This document shows, piece after piece, positions 28,267-43,357 of a stretch of 64,000 nucleotides of DNA. The notes under the pieces are model-generated. The model ran no database searches and was not told where the DNA came from. It saw nothing but the letters and a program-made list of their open reading frames with translations. The position numbers were made by a program, and so were the translations under genes. Position 1 is the stretch's first letter; each line of letters opens with the position of its first letter. This stretch comes from the human T2T-CHM13v2.0 reference genome, Homo sapiens: assembly GCF_009914755.1 (NCBI RefSeq), contig NC_060935.1. The stretch is one strand, 5' to 3'.

Positions 28267-28806
28267 TGTGCAAAAAGGAGTTAATGTAGCAGGCCTGAGA
28301 CTGCTGTTCTTGCTTGTAAGGGTGGCCCTTGGCTGACATCTGGAAAGTTAGATTTTGGGAGGGTTCCCACCATTTTCTCATAAGAATGGCTTACTGTGCC
28401 TAAACTGTTTGTACAAACAATATCATTTATACTGAACACCTGCTTTCTTTCTGGGAGTCTGATATTCTGGTATGTGCTAGGCAGAGGCTGCCTACATGAC
28501 CAGCCCCCAGTAAACCTGGACATTGAGTCTCTAATAAGATTCCCTGGTAGATAACATTTCGCACCTGTTGTCGCAATTTGTTGCTGGAAGAATTAGGCAC
28601 TTCCTGTGTGACACTACTGAGAGAGGACTCTCGGAAACTTGCAGCTAATTTTTTCCAGACTTTGTCCTATGGTCCTGCTCCCTTATCTGACAGTTTCATA
28701 TCTTTTTGTGGTAATAAATCATAATCATGAGCATGATCATGCTGAGTCCTGTGAACTATCCTAGTGAGTCATCAACCTGGGAGTTGTCTTGGGGAACCCC
28801 AACACA
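28267..28806 (+). mobile_element. Solo ERVL LTR, MER68-like (MER21/MER68 group)
   Basis: TGTGCAAAAAGGAGTTAATGTAGCAGGCCTGAGACTGCT...AATAAA...GGGGAACCCCAACACA; TG...CA termini, ~540 bp. Confidence 0.82.
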
Positions 28807-29589
28807 CTCTCTATAGATTGCAAAGCATTTTCACAAAAGTTACCTTATTGTGACTCAATCAGTTGCTGTGAAGAAGGTATGACAGACATAGTACTATCCT
28901 CCCCACTTTTTTTTGTTGTTGTTAAAAGATGAGGGACAGATCTAGTGGGGCCCACTGACTAACTCCAGAATATATAGCTTAGTGGCAGCAACCTAGGACC
29001 AGAACTTGGGTCTCCAGATCCAAGTCTAGTTCAGTGCTCTTCACCTTGCCCCCTCATTCATCCTGGGAGGTGGTGATGATAAGGTGTTGAAGATGATAAC
29101 CATGATGGCTACTACTACTTACGCCCTTATTAGGTGGTCTGGCACTTGATAGTCATCGTCTTATTTGATGTCACAGCAACCCTAAAGGTAAAAATTAGTA
29201 TCCCCACTTTATAGATGAGGGAAGGAGGCTCAGGAAGTTAAGGAGCCTGGCCCAGGTCACACATACACATGTGGTGGAGGTTGAATATAAAATGAGGTGT
29301 ATCTGACTCCAAAATCTGCTTCCTTAGCCATTTTATTATGTGGCTCAATTTCCCCACTTGTTGCCCTCTGGCCATGCTCACGATCTAGCAGTGCCAAAGA
29401 CTTTTAACCTTCCCTTCAGGGCTGACAACTGCTTCTTCCCTAAATTCCTGAAACTCCCTTACTGCTCAGTCCTTGTCCAAGTATTTCTTATCCCCAAAGT
29501 CCTTGAACTGCTGGCCTGACTCCAGGCTCCTTCTGGATGTAAACCATGGGGAGTTGAGGTAGAGAAACCATCAGAAAGGCTAACAAGTA

Positions 29590-29830
29590 GTAGCCAAGGA
29601 GGCAGGCTCTGGAGCCAGACTGCCTAGGTTTGCAGTTTTTTAACTATGTGATCTTAGGCAAGTTACTTAACCCCTCTGGGCCTCAGATTTTCTTAACTGT
29701 AAAACTGGCATAAATCATAACACCATCTATCTCAAAAGAGTTATGGTGAGGATTAAATGAAATAATATATGTAAAGTATTGTAACACTAGCCTGGCACTA
29801 GTGAGGGCTCAATAAATGTAAGATATTATT
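29590..29830 (+). mobile_element. MIR SINE (near full length); an opposite-strand MIR lies at ~29100-29330
   Basis: ggctctggagccagactgcctaggttt...ggcaagttacttaacccctctgggcctcag...gtgaggattaaatga...cctggcac...ctcaataaatg. Confidence 0.85.
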
Positions 29831-31716
29831 ATAATAACTGTTATTCTGAAAAATATATTAGAATTTGAATCAGGGGATCTGTGTGCCAATTGTGCCACTT
29901 AAAAGCTGTTTTCTGGACTATGTGAAAGACATCTAAAATATCTCTGTATCCTCAGGACCTGGTAGTGTGCCGGACCCAAAGTAGACCCTCAATACAGGTC
30001 TGTGAAAATGTTTCAGGTGACTTTTGAAAGCCCGTCTTCTCTCATGTCTCTGCATTCCCATTTGAAGTGGGGGTGGGACTATTCCTGGAGGTCCCTACCA
30101 GGTCAGACATTCACTCGCCTGTGTTCTTCTATTCCCAAGAGTCCTTAAGGGGAACTTTCCCACTCCTGCTGTTAGCTGCAGGTGTCCTTCCTGAGGAGCT
30201 CAGCAACAGGCTCTTTCCACGAGCTCTATTGATCTTGGACAATCTGCCCCTCTAGGATTACATTTATTCAGACTTGTCAGGTCCCTAAAATCAAGCAGCT
30301 GACACATTTCAGCAGCTTCTGGCTCCTTTGGATATTAATGGATCCTCACATCTGGGAAAAATGCTACAGTGCCCCATCACCTAATTTAACAAGCGATAAG
30401 CTGTTTTTAATTTGCTTTATGTGTTAATTCATCACAGCAACTTTTATAAAATGCCATTAAGACTCACACTTTCCATCCAGGGTGCTTTTAGCAAGGCCAT
30501 TAGACAAGTAGAATTGGACATGAATAATGTAACAACTCTCCCATCCCTCCTACCCCTCCTGAATTTCAATGTGTGGTGGCCCCTTGCCAACTGGGGAAGT
30601 CTAGTAAGGGAAGAGTGAAGCAGCTGCTCATCCTCATGACTATGCAACATGGCTGTGAGATACCTGGGTACCCTAACAAAATAGTGCTTTTTAGGTGTCT
30701 CACAATGTAGTAAGCATTTTATATTCATTGTCTCACTCAATTTATTGGGTAGGCAACATAGCATATGGGTTATATGCCAGGCTTCCAAGACAGAGGAGAG
30801 CTGGGTTTATGTCCCAGTTCTGCCATTCTTAACTGTATAATTTGGGCATGTTACTTAACCTCTTAGATAACCACTTTACCATAGATGGCCATTCTCTTAT
30901 TTAGGAAATTCAGATAGTAATGGCACAAATGCAAAAGGGTGCTGCGGAGATACGACAATGGGATGACACATGTAAAGTACCCAACACAGGTGAGTTCCTC
31001 TTTGTTATTATTTCTGACAACAATTCTGCCATGTAAGCATTTTTGGTCTCATAAAGAAAATGAGATATAAAGAGCTGAAATGAAAATAAGATACTAAGTA
31101 GCAGAACCAGGATTAAAGTATAGGTAGATGTGTCTCACTCAAAAGCTCATGTTCCTAATCTTAGAATTCTTGGAATTTCTGATAAGAAATGTTGTACTTA
31201 GATCTTATACCTAAGGATTTCATGATTTGATGATAACACTTATAGTGATACTATGGACTAGCCTGCAAAAAAGATGCATGAGTAGTTTTTAGAGGACACA
31301 TTCAATTCTCACAGCTATCCTGCAATGCATATATTAGCCTTGTATTATAGAAGAGGAAATACAGATTTGGATAATTTAAACAACATGTTCAATGTCATGC
31401 CAGCTATCAAGTGATGGGGCAGGACTCAAAGCCTGTCTGCTTCTAAGACCTATGAATTTCCTACTATACCAACCTCTATGCTCTTTTGCAAGCAACTCTT
31501 TCCAGCTCAAAACACTCACACTCTCCACTTGGCTTAGACTGAGGTAATACTTAACAATCATGGACCTTAAAAGTATTGGTGTTTACTATGTAGACCAGGG
31601 AATTTAGTTCTGGCTATACCACTTTAAAGCTAGGATAGCAGCGAATGATGAGGATGGAAAGACAGTATCACTAAGAATAGGAAGAATTATTTGATGTGTT
31701 TCATAGTTAACAAGGA

Positions 31717-32926
31717 TATGATAGGAGAAATAATATCCTTAACTCACTCCCCCAAAATGTCCACACTTTAATTCTCAGAGTCTATGAATATGTTATCTTA
31801 TATAGCAAAAGGGACTTGGAGATGTGATTAAGGTTAAGGATCTTGAGAAGGGGAGATTATCCTGGATTATCTGGGTGGACACAATCTAATTACATGAATC
31901 CTTAGAAGTGGAAGAGGAAGACAAAAGAATGGATCAGAGAGATATGACTTGGGAAGGACTTGACCCACCACTGCTGGCTTCAAAGTTAGAGGAAGAGGAC
32001 CACAAGCCAAGGAAAATGGTGGCCTTTTACAAACTGGGAATGGTTATTAGGTTACAGCCATCAAGAAAACAGGCACCTTAGTCCTACAACCATATGATGA
32101 CCTGAATGAGCAGAAAACAATTCTCCTATTGAGCCTCTAGAAGGGTTACAGACTGCTGAAAGCTTTATTTTATTCTGGTGAGATCTGTACCAGACCTACA
32201 GAACTATAAGATAATAAATTTGTGTTGTTTTAAGTCATTAGGTCTGTGATAATTTGTTATGGTAGCAATAGAAAACTAATATCAACTTTGGTACTGGAAG
32301 TGAGGCGCTATGTAACAAATACCTAAAAGTGTAGAAATGGCTTTTGAATTGGGAAGTGGACAGAGGCTAGAAGAATGTTGAGGAACATGATAGAAGAAAA
32401 CCTAGATTGCTTCTAAGAAGAGATTGCAGAAATACAGACTTTAAGGATATTTCCAGTGAAGCTTTAAATACTTCTTATGGAAATCTGGACTTGGAGAATG
32501 CTGAGGGTGACAGCTCAAATGGAAATGAGAAGCATGTCGTTGGAAACTGTAGGAAAGGGATCCTGGTTACACAGTGGTGGAAAGCTTAGTAGAATTACGC
32601 CCTGTAGTTATGTGAAAAGAAGAATCTTTGGGGGCCAGAGGGCAGACTGTGGTAGGAAGAATAATGGTTCTCCAAAGATGTTCACGCCTTAATCTCTAGA
32701 GCCTTATGTGGCAAAGGAAACTTGTGGATGTGATTAAGGTCAAGGGTCTTGAGATGGGGAGACTATCCTAGATTATGTGGGTGGGCCCAGTCTAATCACA
32801 TGAGTCCTTAAAACTAGAAGAGAAAGGCAGAATAGAGATGGAACATGAAAAGGACTTGAGTGCCATTGCTAAGATTTGAAAATGGAGGAAGCAAATTTGT
32901 CATGGCAGTAATGTAAAGCTAAAACA
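31717..32926 (+). mobile_element. ERVL-MaLR MLT1 (D/E-like) deleted provirus: 5' LTR 31717-32284, internal remnant 32285-32647, 3' LTR 32648-32926
   Basis: Two related LTRs (gatgtgattaaggt...cttgaga.ggggaga.tatcct.gattat.tgggtgg). MLT1-int start ctttggtactggaagtgagg and purine tract gggggccagagggcagac before the 3' LTR. 5-bp TSD aagga/gagga. Confidence 0.85.
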
Positions 32927-35900
32927 GAGGACAAGAAACAACATGCTTTAATAGAGGGCAGGTAGAAGACAAGGGCCACCAGTTTGAGGATTCTGTCAAA
33001 GATTCTTTGGAATAAAACAACTACTCAGCAACAACAACAACAACAACCCACTGAGTGCCTGTTATTGGCCAGGTTGTGTGCAAAGTACATTTATGTAATT
33101 CCATCTCATTGAATCCCTGTAAACAGTTTGAGATATAGGTATGATTATTTCTATTTTGTAGATAAAGAAGTTAAGAACTAAGGTTTTAATTCTAATTCTC
33201 ACAAAAACCTTATGTGATAAATATAATTTTCCGTATTTTAAGATAAAGAAGCTGAGATACAGAAGAAGCAGCCTTTCCTTCTCTAAAATTGCAAATCACT
33301 CTGCTCTTTTACCTCTCTGGGAAGCCTACAGCTTCTAGTCTTGAGTGGGAATATGTCTTATCTCCTTTACTACATCAGAAACAACATCAGGAGCTCCCAG
33401 ACCAAGTCTCAGCACAGAGTTTTCACAGATGGATTTATAAATGAACAAGTGAATCAGCAAATTACTCCCTTCTGTGCTGTGAACTTGTTTGGTCTATGGA
33501 GGCCTTTGCTTTCCTGACAACATTAAGATGCAAGGAACAGAGCGCTTTGACTCAATTTCCTTCATTTCTTGAAGTTGAGGCCTCTGCTTGATTAGAGGAG
33601 ACCTGGTCCTCACCTTTCTATGCAGCAAGAGAAAGAACACTAGCAACAGAAAATAAAGTCTGCTCTCTGCTCCATCCCACTGTGCCTGGCTTGGACACAT
33701 ATGACCCATTTTCACATTGTCAAGGTAAGCACATATGAATAGTGCAAGAAGCATAGATGTTGGAATGAAGAAACACACGGTTAAGTCAGTCCACTCTTTC
33801 TAGCTGATTGTCACTGAGAAAATAAGTGGAGTAATCTGAGCTTCAGTTTTATCTATAAAATGAGGTTTGTCATTCCTACATCTCACATATTTGCAGAGAT
33901 TCAATGAGATGATAAAGGAAGAGCATTTCACATAATAACTGGCAAAACAAAAGTTCCTTTACTTCACCTCTTCTCTACTCTAAAGATGAGCAAGTGTCCC
34001 ACAAGTACTGGAAGGGGGATGAAATAAGGATGGTGTTTTTACACATGTGACATAAAAATGCATATGTAGTAAACTTCTTCAAAACATTTTCTCACTAGAG
34101 GGGTATGGGAAAGGATGCTGGGAGCAGAGAGATCTAAACTTTAGTTGCTCTTATTTTATAAAAATCACAATTTTCTATTTGTATTATCTTCTTAAAAACA
34201 ATCATTCGTCCACTCGTGCATTTAGTGCATATTTGTCTTGAAAACAGAGGAGGCACCCTGGAAGTAAAAAGAAGCTTAGATGGAGTTAGGAGTGCAGATT
34301 TCTAGTCCTGGCTTCAACATAATTCACTATGTGATCTTGAGTAAGGTACTTAACCTCTATGGGCTTCAGCTTCTATAATAATTAATAGACCAACTGCATT
34401 TCTCTAGGATGTATTCAACTGTGACCCAAAAGATAGCTCCCAAAATGTAGGCATTATTCTCATTTTATCGAAGGGAAGATTTATTATGTTCTGTGGATTG
34501 TATGACATGGGTTATACCACTTAATCAACCTTATAAAGCAGATTGGTATTATTTAAAGATACTCTTCGTATTACAACAGACTGCTTCTATGTTTTGAGGG
34601 TGTTGGCAAATGTCCATTTCTATTGTTCCTAAAAAATCAGGCAATCACTGTCATGACTGCAGATAGAACTAATTGGACACCAACCAGAAGTCCTTACAGG
34701 TTGGGCCTCCCTGCAGCTATAGCTTTTAGAGTATAATCAGGGAAGAAGCATAACTTTCAGGGGGAACAACTTTCTCTTTCTCTCTCTTAAGTCCTCAGTG
34801 CTCCCGATTCACCAAGAGACGTGGTATGAGCAGATTTCACATGTCCGGGGGCTTGCATGTTGATCATTTTGGACAACTCATCAGAGTCTCCAGGGACGGG
34901 GCCCATTTGAGCCCACCTTCTCTTTCAGGCTGTCCTGGCAGTCTGTCAGATTGGCTGAGCTCCAATGTTGACTCATAAGTCTCTTATCTGAGGGAAACAG
35001 AGGCAAATCTGAACCTGCGCAGAGCCAGAACTCACTGGACCACAGTGAATGGCATTTCAGGTTTCAGGGCTGGGTGAAGCTGCAAAGATTAATCATCTTA
35101 AAATCATTTTCCTTTCCCCCAAATGCCATCAGCTTGCTACTCAAAAATTAAATGTGGGTAAGAGGAAGACTGCTTGGATGAACAGCCCAGGTTTTATGAC
35201 ACTTTCAAGAGCTCTTATGTTCTGGGTCTGTGTATAAGGCAATTGAGATATGTTAACTGAGATATTTCAGAGAAGCTGACACAGCCCTGATTACAGTCTT
35301 TTATTTCTGAATTGGGCTAAAAATGTAGATCAAGCTTTGATATTCACCTTTCAGTATTTTACTGCCATTAATTAGTAAGCTTGGGGTGGGAAAAAGAAGA
35401 AATAACCTGGCATGGAATTTTATTATTGCTAATAGTCGATTATCATTCAAACATTTAAGTTTATATATGCATGACTCGTGAAGATCATGAGATGGTAAAC
35501 TCAGATAGTCCTGGATTCAAATATTAGCTCACTATTTTAAGCTGCAGTATGATTTTCAGCAAATTACTTCATATCTTTGTACCTGGGCTTCTGTATATGA
35601 AAAATGAGGGGCAAGAATCCCTGTCCGACAGGGTCCTTATAAGAATTACACATGAGAGCTTTTAGAATCCAGTAGGTACTCAATATTTGTTAATTGAGTC
35701 TAAAAAAATCTAAATTTTTTCCCCTGTAAATTCTATACCCTGGTTCTACTGTTACTCACTGGAATATAAACAACTTAAGCCTACCTCTGCTATCCAGTAG
35801 CACTCTTTTAAGTGTTTATGGACTGACAAATGATAAAGCTAGTACGGTCCCTAGCTCAGCAGAGGTGCTGGATAAAACTCGTTTTACTCATGAGTATATG

Positions 35901-36439
35901 AAAAACGGGAGAAAGACATTCAAGAGCATCTGAAATGACTCCTCCAAATCCTTAGTACCATCATAGCAGCTCATCAGGGTAAGTAATGACATTTACACAC
36001 CACAATATCAGACAGTTGGGCAATCACTTTGCCTGCCCCAATACTGAGTTTGTTACTTTGCCTATGATTTTTCAGAAAACTGGATGGAAACTACAGGCTG
36101 TACTGTAGCAGGAGAAGACCTGAAATTAGGGAACTTACCCTTCTAAATCTCATATGCCCGTAAAGTTTCCCATTATCACCTGTTGACTAGAGATAGAGAG
36201 GACATATGGTTCCTTACTCACCCAGGCAAAAGCATTGAGTTCAGAATGTAATCAAATTCCCACAGATGGAAATGAGATAATATTCATTTAAATATTAAAT
36301 GTGATATTATTTTCATAGTCTCTACTATGTGCCAGGCACTCTATAGTTTGTTGGGACTCAGCAAAGGCTTTCTTCCTACAGTTGTACAGCTTGATGTTTG
36401 GTTGGGAATATGGGTAAGAAGGTACATTCATTTGGCCAC

Positions 36440-36870
36440 TTACTCATTTTCATTCAGCAAATACTTTTGAGCATTTACTGTATGTCAGTGATGGTTCTAG
36501 GAGCTTGGGATCTATCAGTGAATAAAAACAGATAAAAATTCCTGCCTTCATGGATTTTACATTCTAGTAAAACGAGATTGGCAAAAAACAATAAACATAA
36601 TAAATAGGCAAATAGTATGATAGGTTAGGAGTTGATTGTTGCTATGGAAAAAGTTAAAAATAGAGCACGGTAAGGGGGATCAGGATTCTGGAATAGAGTA
36701 GGGCTATGGTGACAGTGAAGGCTGCATTTTCAAATGGGGTGTTTTTTAAGGTAGGACTCGCTGAAAAAGAGATGTTTGAGGCAAGGCTTGAAGGAGGTGA
36801 GGGAGTTAGATATACAGGCATCTGAGGAAAGAGTGATCTCAGAGGGAACAACAAGTGCAAAGCCTGTAAA
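36440..36870 (-). mobile_element. L2 LINE 3' end
   Basis: cattcagcaaatacttttgagcatttactgtatgtcag...cctgccttcatggattttacattctag...gggaacaacaagtgcaaagcc. Confidence 0.8.
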
Positions 36871-37947
36871 TACAGTTACAGTTGAGTCTCATATGTGCTA
36901 TGTTAGGAATTAGTATAGGGTGCTGCTCTGGGATTGTAGAGCTCCTAGGAAGCCTCATCAGGTGCTCATAAAGAAGTTGGTGAATGGGGAGATGATTCAT
37001 CCAGATTTACTAGCAGAGGGGTGGTAGCACATCTGCCCACCCCTACCTACTAAGCAGCCTGATCTTTAGGCATTTTCTTAGTGGAAGCCGCCTCTGTAAT
37101 ATAGTAATCTCATATTCTTGAGGGCTCAGCTTCCTTCCTTCAGCCTCTCCCCCTTCCTAAGTCTCATTGGAAACATGCACATGAGCTGGACCACTGAACA
37201 GCTTTTCTTCTTGTAGACACACATGACCACAATTTATAAAGTGCAAATCAAATTCTTTGGCCAAGAATTTTTTCTAACATTGTTATGAAAGTAGAAGTAT
37301 TGATCAATATAAAAAATTCTGCAACTTTCATTTTTTGAAAACCATGACTTTCTCTGGGAATCCTTCCTGAATCTATCAAGAGAAGGCTATTTCTTCCACT
37401 CTCTGTGCCACATTGTAACCTTGTATGTGGTCTTATTCTTATGCTTAGCAGGCTACATTTCAGTTGATTTATCTGTAGGTGTATCTTTCCTTCTAGACTT
37501 CTTGACTCATGAGAGTTAGGTGAAGTCTTACTTATCTCTGTGCCCCTTGCAAAGAGGAAAAGGTGCTCACAAAACCAGGCTAAACTGAACTGAACTAAAT
37601 TCAGAACACAAACTGTCTGAACTTCAGAAAATTGCCTCATCTTGTTTGGTCTCTTGAAGTTTCCCCATCTGTAAAATGGGATTAAAATATTGTATGACAT
37701 CAACTCTAAGATTTTTTAAAATTTTTATGTCTAAAATCAAGATGTTTTTCCACTATCAATGCCATCTCATAATTGAATTGGCAGAATTTTTCCTTTTTTG
37801 GTAACACATAGGGTACATCTTAAAATCAAGGACAACCTAGATTCAATAAAACATGGTAGAAACTATCTCACAAGTTGTTGTGAAGATTAATGAATTATAG
37901 ATGAAAAGCCCTCAGATCAGTACCTGGCACAAAGTAAGAAGTAAGCA

Positions 37948-37949
<2 letters not shown>

Positions 37950-37998
<49 letters not shown>

Positions 37999-38008
37999 GC
38001 TGCTGCTG
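37950..38008 (+). repeat. (GT)22 microsatellite followed by short (TGC)n
   Basis: Directly visible. Confidence 0.97.
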
Positions 38009-38348
38009 TTGTGCTATTACATATTGTAAGTCACTTGGAATCACCTCATCATTCTCTTCTCTTCTTGTACACATTTTTGCAAACACTTTTAGTACTCTTT
38101 CCTCAGTGACTGTTCAAAAATTGCTGATAGCTGAAACACTGTGCTGCAGTCTGACTTTCACCCAGTAAGGTTCTGTTCAGTAGCTCTATTTAACTGAATA
38201 AAATGTCTGTAGAAAATGTCCCTAGCATTTGCCAATAGTTCAGAAATTTAGAGGAAAAAACCTAAAGAGATCCAGTACATTATGTTTATACTTTTAGTAT
38301 TTATAGTTTATGTGAATATTATTAGTATTTTATTCCAATAGCACAATC

Positions 38349-38663
<315 letters not shown>

Positions 38664-39327
38664 TAGCACTTAGGTTTTCAAGCTGGGACATTTTTCCATG
38701 CACCTAGTGTAAGTCATCCATACATCCACTCATTAATTTACTGAACATTGACAACATGTTTGGCAACAGGATAATGGAAAATGTTTGTAAGACTTGGGAA
38801 CACTTGTTTTGCTGTTTACTTGCTCTGTGGCTATAGATAAGGTTCTTAAATTCTGTTTCCTACTCTGTAAATTAAAGACTAATCCTGCCTGAATAGATAT
38901 TGTTTGAATTCATTGAGGTAACATATGTAAAACTCCTATATCAGGGAGGCTGGTATACAGATACATGAAAAAATTGCAATAATAATATGTATCAGCACAG
39001 AAACCTATGTTTCAACTCAACTTTTAAGGGATGCAATAATGATTTAGTACAAATTTGCATTTATTTTAATATTGATCTATCTAACAATATTTACCTCGTC
39101 CTTCCTCAGTGCCAGATCTGGGACTAGTGGTTCTATTGGCAATAAATACTATGGGAGCTTGGAGCAGAAGATGTTCCATTGGGCTGGACTGACTGGGCAA
39201 TGGGCCTTGCTCTACTCCACAGTACTATCTTTCCAGTTGGTAAAGCAATCAGAGGCTGTAGGACTGCTCTGAAAATAGTCAATACAGTGTAACTTTTAGA
39301 TGCCTGAAACCATGCAATCATGGCTTC

Positions 39328-39990
39328 AGTCATATTCAATAAATGCTCATTATGTGCCATGCATTATGTTAGGTATTTGGGGATACAGTGTGAATAACAG
39401 AAACAAGGCACTTTTGGAATTTAGAGACAAAACAGATGTAGAAGAAATAATTACCAGTACAACACATCATAAAAAGCAGATGGGCAAGTAATCCATGAGA
39501 GTATACAGTGGAGAGAAATGGAAACTATTCTGGAGGGACCAGGTTGGGAAGGCTTCCAAGAGGAGCTGCTGTCTAATCTGAGCGCAGCAGGAGCAGCAGG
39601 GTGGGCAGAGGGAGCTGCACAGGCAGAGGCTCTGCAGTGGGAAACAGCAGGCAGCAAACCTGAAAGAAGATCAATGTCTGGGATAGTCTAAGATGAGACC
39701 AGAGGGAAGGAGAGGCCAGGTCATGGAGAATCCTGTAGATCTTATGAAGGATACTTTCTCTTTTTAGAGTAATGGGAAGCCTTTGGGGATTTTAAACAGA
39801 TGTGAGATGATCAGATTTACATCGAAAACAGATCTTTCTGGCTTTAGGGTGGAGAATGGATTGGAGAACCATAGATTGGGCAAGACAGGATGTTGAGATC
39901 CCAGGTAGTGGGGAAAGGTAGTAATCCAAATGATGATGGTTTGGGTACAGTGGTGGCAATAGGATGGACAGAGGTCTCAGATATTTACTT
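39328..39990 (-). mobile_element. L2 LINE 3' fragment
   Basis: attcaataaatgctcattatgtgcca...ggatacagtgtgaataacag...gtaatgggaagcctttggggattttaaacag...atcagattt. Confidence 0.75.
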
Positions 39991-40807
39991 TGGCCAATAC
40001 CTATCTGTTTGTCAGTCTGTCTGTTTCTCTCACCAAAATCTATGGGCAATGTTTTCAAAATTTTATTACCAGAATATATCATTTTTTTTTCTTCAAAAGG
40101 AAACTTCTAGAAATATAAAAATAAAACATTTGATTGCAGACAGGGGAAACAGAATTTCTGGTTTCTCTTCCACTCCAACTGCAGAGCATACCTCAGGTCC
40201 CTAAGAAGAATTTTGGGTCTACTTAAATCAGAGCTTGAAAATCTTCAATCTAGTACTTAGTTCCCAAACACTGTAAATGAAGAAAATCTTCTCTTCTTTT
40301 ATTGATATCATGACATCTCTAAACCTGTTTCCAATCTCACAGCCATTTCCAATCTCACAGACATCTATTTGTTTCCAAAATGAAAGCTTGATGGCAATTC
40401 TCCTTGGAGCATTTTTAGCAAATATAACAAGTCTCCTTGAGATTACTAGAGTAACACCAGGGTGTCCCGAACTCTAATTACAGGAACTCTGCAGGATGAA
40501 ACTGTGATTAGTCCTCACAGGAGTAACCACAGCCACTCAACAGAATTCAGTAGCTATTTATGGCACGTGTTTTGAGGAGAAGACTTCTTTCTGCTCAGAG
40601 GCTGTTTATATTAATAAGCAGAAGGTGGTTCCTTGGAAGAAGAGAAATCTCGTTCGAAGTTTGACACATTCATAGAAAACAAGAGAAAGTTCCCAGGAGG
40701 AAGTCAATAGCACATCCAGCGAAACATGCGTATGGACTGAGGGCAATTTGACAGGCAGGGAAACGTTTCTACTGAGAAGAAAAAAAGAAAGAGAGATTTC
40801 TATTTGA

Positions 40808-41135
<328 letters not shown>

Positions 41136-43310
41136 CGATACCATTTTTTGCATGTTAGCAAAAGCTGGGCTTTGATAAGGAAGTAATTGGGAAACCTGAA
41201 GTTGGCCAGTCAGCTCTGATAGAAGTGTATAAATTGGGCAGAAAAGCATGAGAAACTCAGCCACATTAATTATTGCTACAAAAGTCAGCATCCAGTGGAA
41301 GGCAAGCTGGGATGATGCGGGGAAGATGACTAGACAAGGAACCAGAGGTAAAAGGCATTCAGGCTGTCTAACTGACCCCTGGCCAGTGGTACTTCAAACC
41401 AGCAAGATCCAGAACTCTAATTATCAGCCCATAATATGAAGCCATGACTGTGTTTTTCCATCCCACAATCTCAACAACCATGATTACAATTGTCTGGGGA
41501 CCACCTTGAAACTGGCCTATGTCCCTTTATTTGTTCTCTGTTTTCTCTTCTTACCTGGGTCCCAGTATTTCTTAGGTGTTTCTTAAGAACTCCAAATAGT
41601 GTGTTCAGTGCTGAAGGCAAAAGATGAACAAGATGGTATCTCTGCCTTCACACAATTTATGAGACTAATAGGCAAAAAAGTACTGTAAGCAAATTCTTTC
41701 TATTTGGTTTGTTTGTTAAATGCAACAATAAAAGCATGTACAATCTGTAGAGAAAAACAAGGACAGTCTACTCTGAATGATGAGGTGATGAGATGACAGG
41801 TTCCTGTTCTGCAAGACCCCAGGCTGCTTTTGATGGTACTAAGAGTTAACCACAGAGCGAAGGGAAAATGTTCTGTAACCTAAGTTTGGAGTGATAACTT
41901 TAAAGTTGAGATCTCATCTGTCTTTAGGAATTTCTCGTTACCTCCAATTTTAGCAGGGATATTTGACACAAACTGCAAAGAATTATTAATCCTCTAGGCT
42001 CTGCATCATGGCAATACACTTGGCCAGTGTGCTTCCTGTCTTGAATCAAAGGTTAGAAATCATAGATAAATGAAACCTGCAAACAGGCTTATGTTGCTTG
42101 TAGGTGTTTCATCTTTGAGTTTTAGGCATAACCGCAATTGGCAGTGAAATAATTAAGTAAAATGAATACTTGATTCCTATCAAATCTGCCAAAAAGAAAG
42201 CAGGTATTGAGTTTTGAAGAAATGCCCTACAGATTGGTAATCTGGGGTGGTGGGGAGGAGGATTTCCTGTTTTACAGATGGGTGAGCGCTCTAAGGGAAC
42301 TAACTTGTTGTGAAGTTAATCAAGGCAGACTGTTTGTCAAGGAAGAGGCTCATTGCCTAGGACAGATTTAGATCAATTCTGGCAGGAAGGAATATCCACA
42401 AGGGGCCTTTTTCAATTTTATTTAATCAGTTAGAGAAGATGGAGTTACCAACTCCAAGCAGGAGGACAATATGGAATCTATAAAATAGGCAGAGAAATAT
42501 GTATTCAAGTGAAGTAATTTGTTTGATAATCCACAGACATGTGGGTTTCTGTAATTTCTTGATAAAGTCATATAGTTCATAATTTCTCCAAACTGGCTCT
42601 AGTTGTAGTCCCTTACTTAGTCCAAAACCTCCCACTGGGATTTTATGTTTCTTTGCTGTTCTGTCTCTTTCATTCCTCTCAACTTTTGCTTTCAGAATCT
42701 CATACATTTAATACATCTTCTTATTGGCTTTAAATAATTCCTTAGTGTTGTTTTGATAAAACTGTCAGAAATTTAAAAAATTTTTTATTTAAAAAACTTT
42801 TATCTTATTATCTTCTGTCAATCTTTATAGACATACAACATGAAAATACATGTTATGTATTTTTTTCAGGCAAAGATGCCTTAGTCTACCTGTTATCTGT
42901 TAGTATGGTGTTCAAGAGGAATAGAAAGTGAGGAAGGAAACTAACTGTTATTGAATGCCTGCTATTGGTTAACCGCTACAGTAGGCACTTTATATACCTT
43001 GGCACTGAATAATAAGAGCACTGTAAATTTGTTACCATTCTCTCTATCGTACAAGGTTCACAGACATCAATTTCACCTAGCATGTAAGTGGGAAAGTTAG
43101 GAATTCAACCCAGATCTGTTTGTGATATGTGTCTGGACTTGCCACTGTATCTCTACCTCTGGAGGGCATCTTTTCTCCCAGAGAGGAGGATCACATCATT
43201 AGCCCTCAGAGGTTGACTGACTAATTAAAGCTTCTACTTTCATGTTAATTTCCATTTACCCAGCATACATGAATTAACTACCTACTCCCGGTAAAAAACA
43301 GTGCTAGATG

Positions 43311-43312
<2 letters not shown>

Positions 43313-43354
<42 letters not shown>
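43313..43354 (+). repeat. (GT)21 microsatellite
   Basis: Directly visible. Confidence 0.97.

Positions 43355-43357
<3 letters not shown>

Noticed and set aside
37248-37703. 151-aa minus-strand ORF (and the 134-aa ORF at 56343-56747)
   Set aside because: They overlap decayed MIR/L2 or L1M-like sequence, show no recognisable domain, and such lengths are expected by chance in 64 kb.
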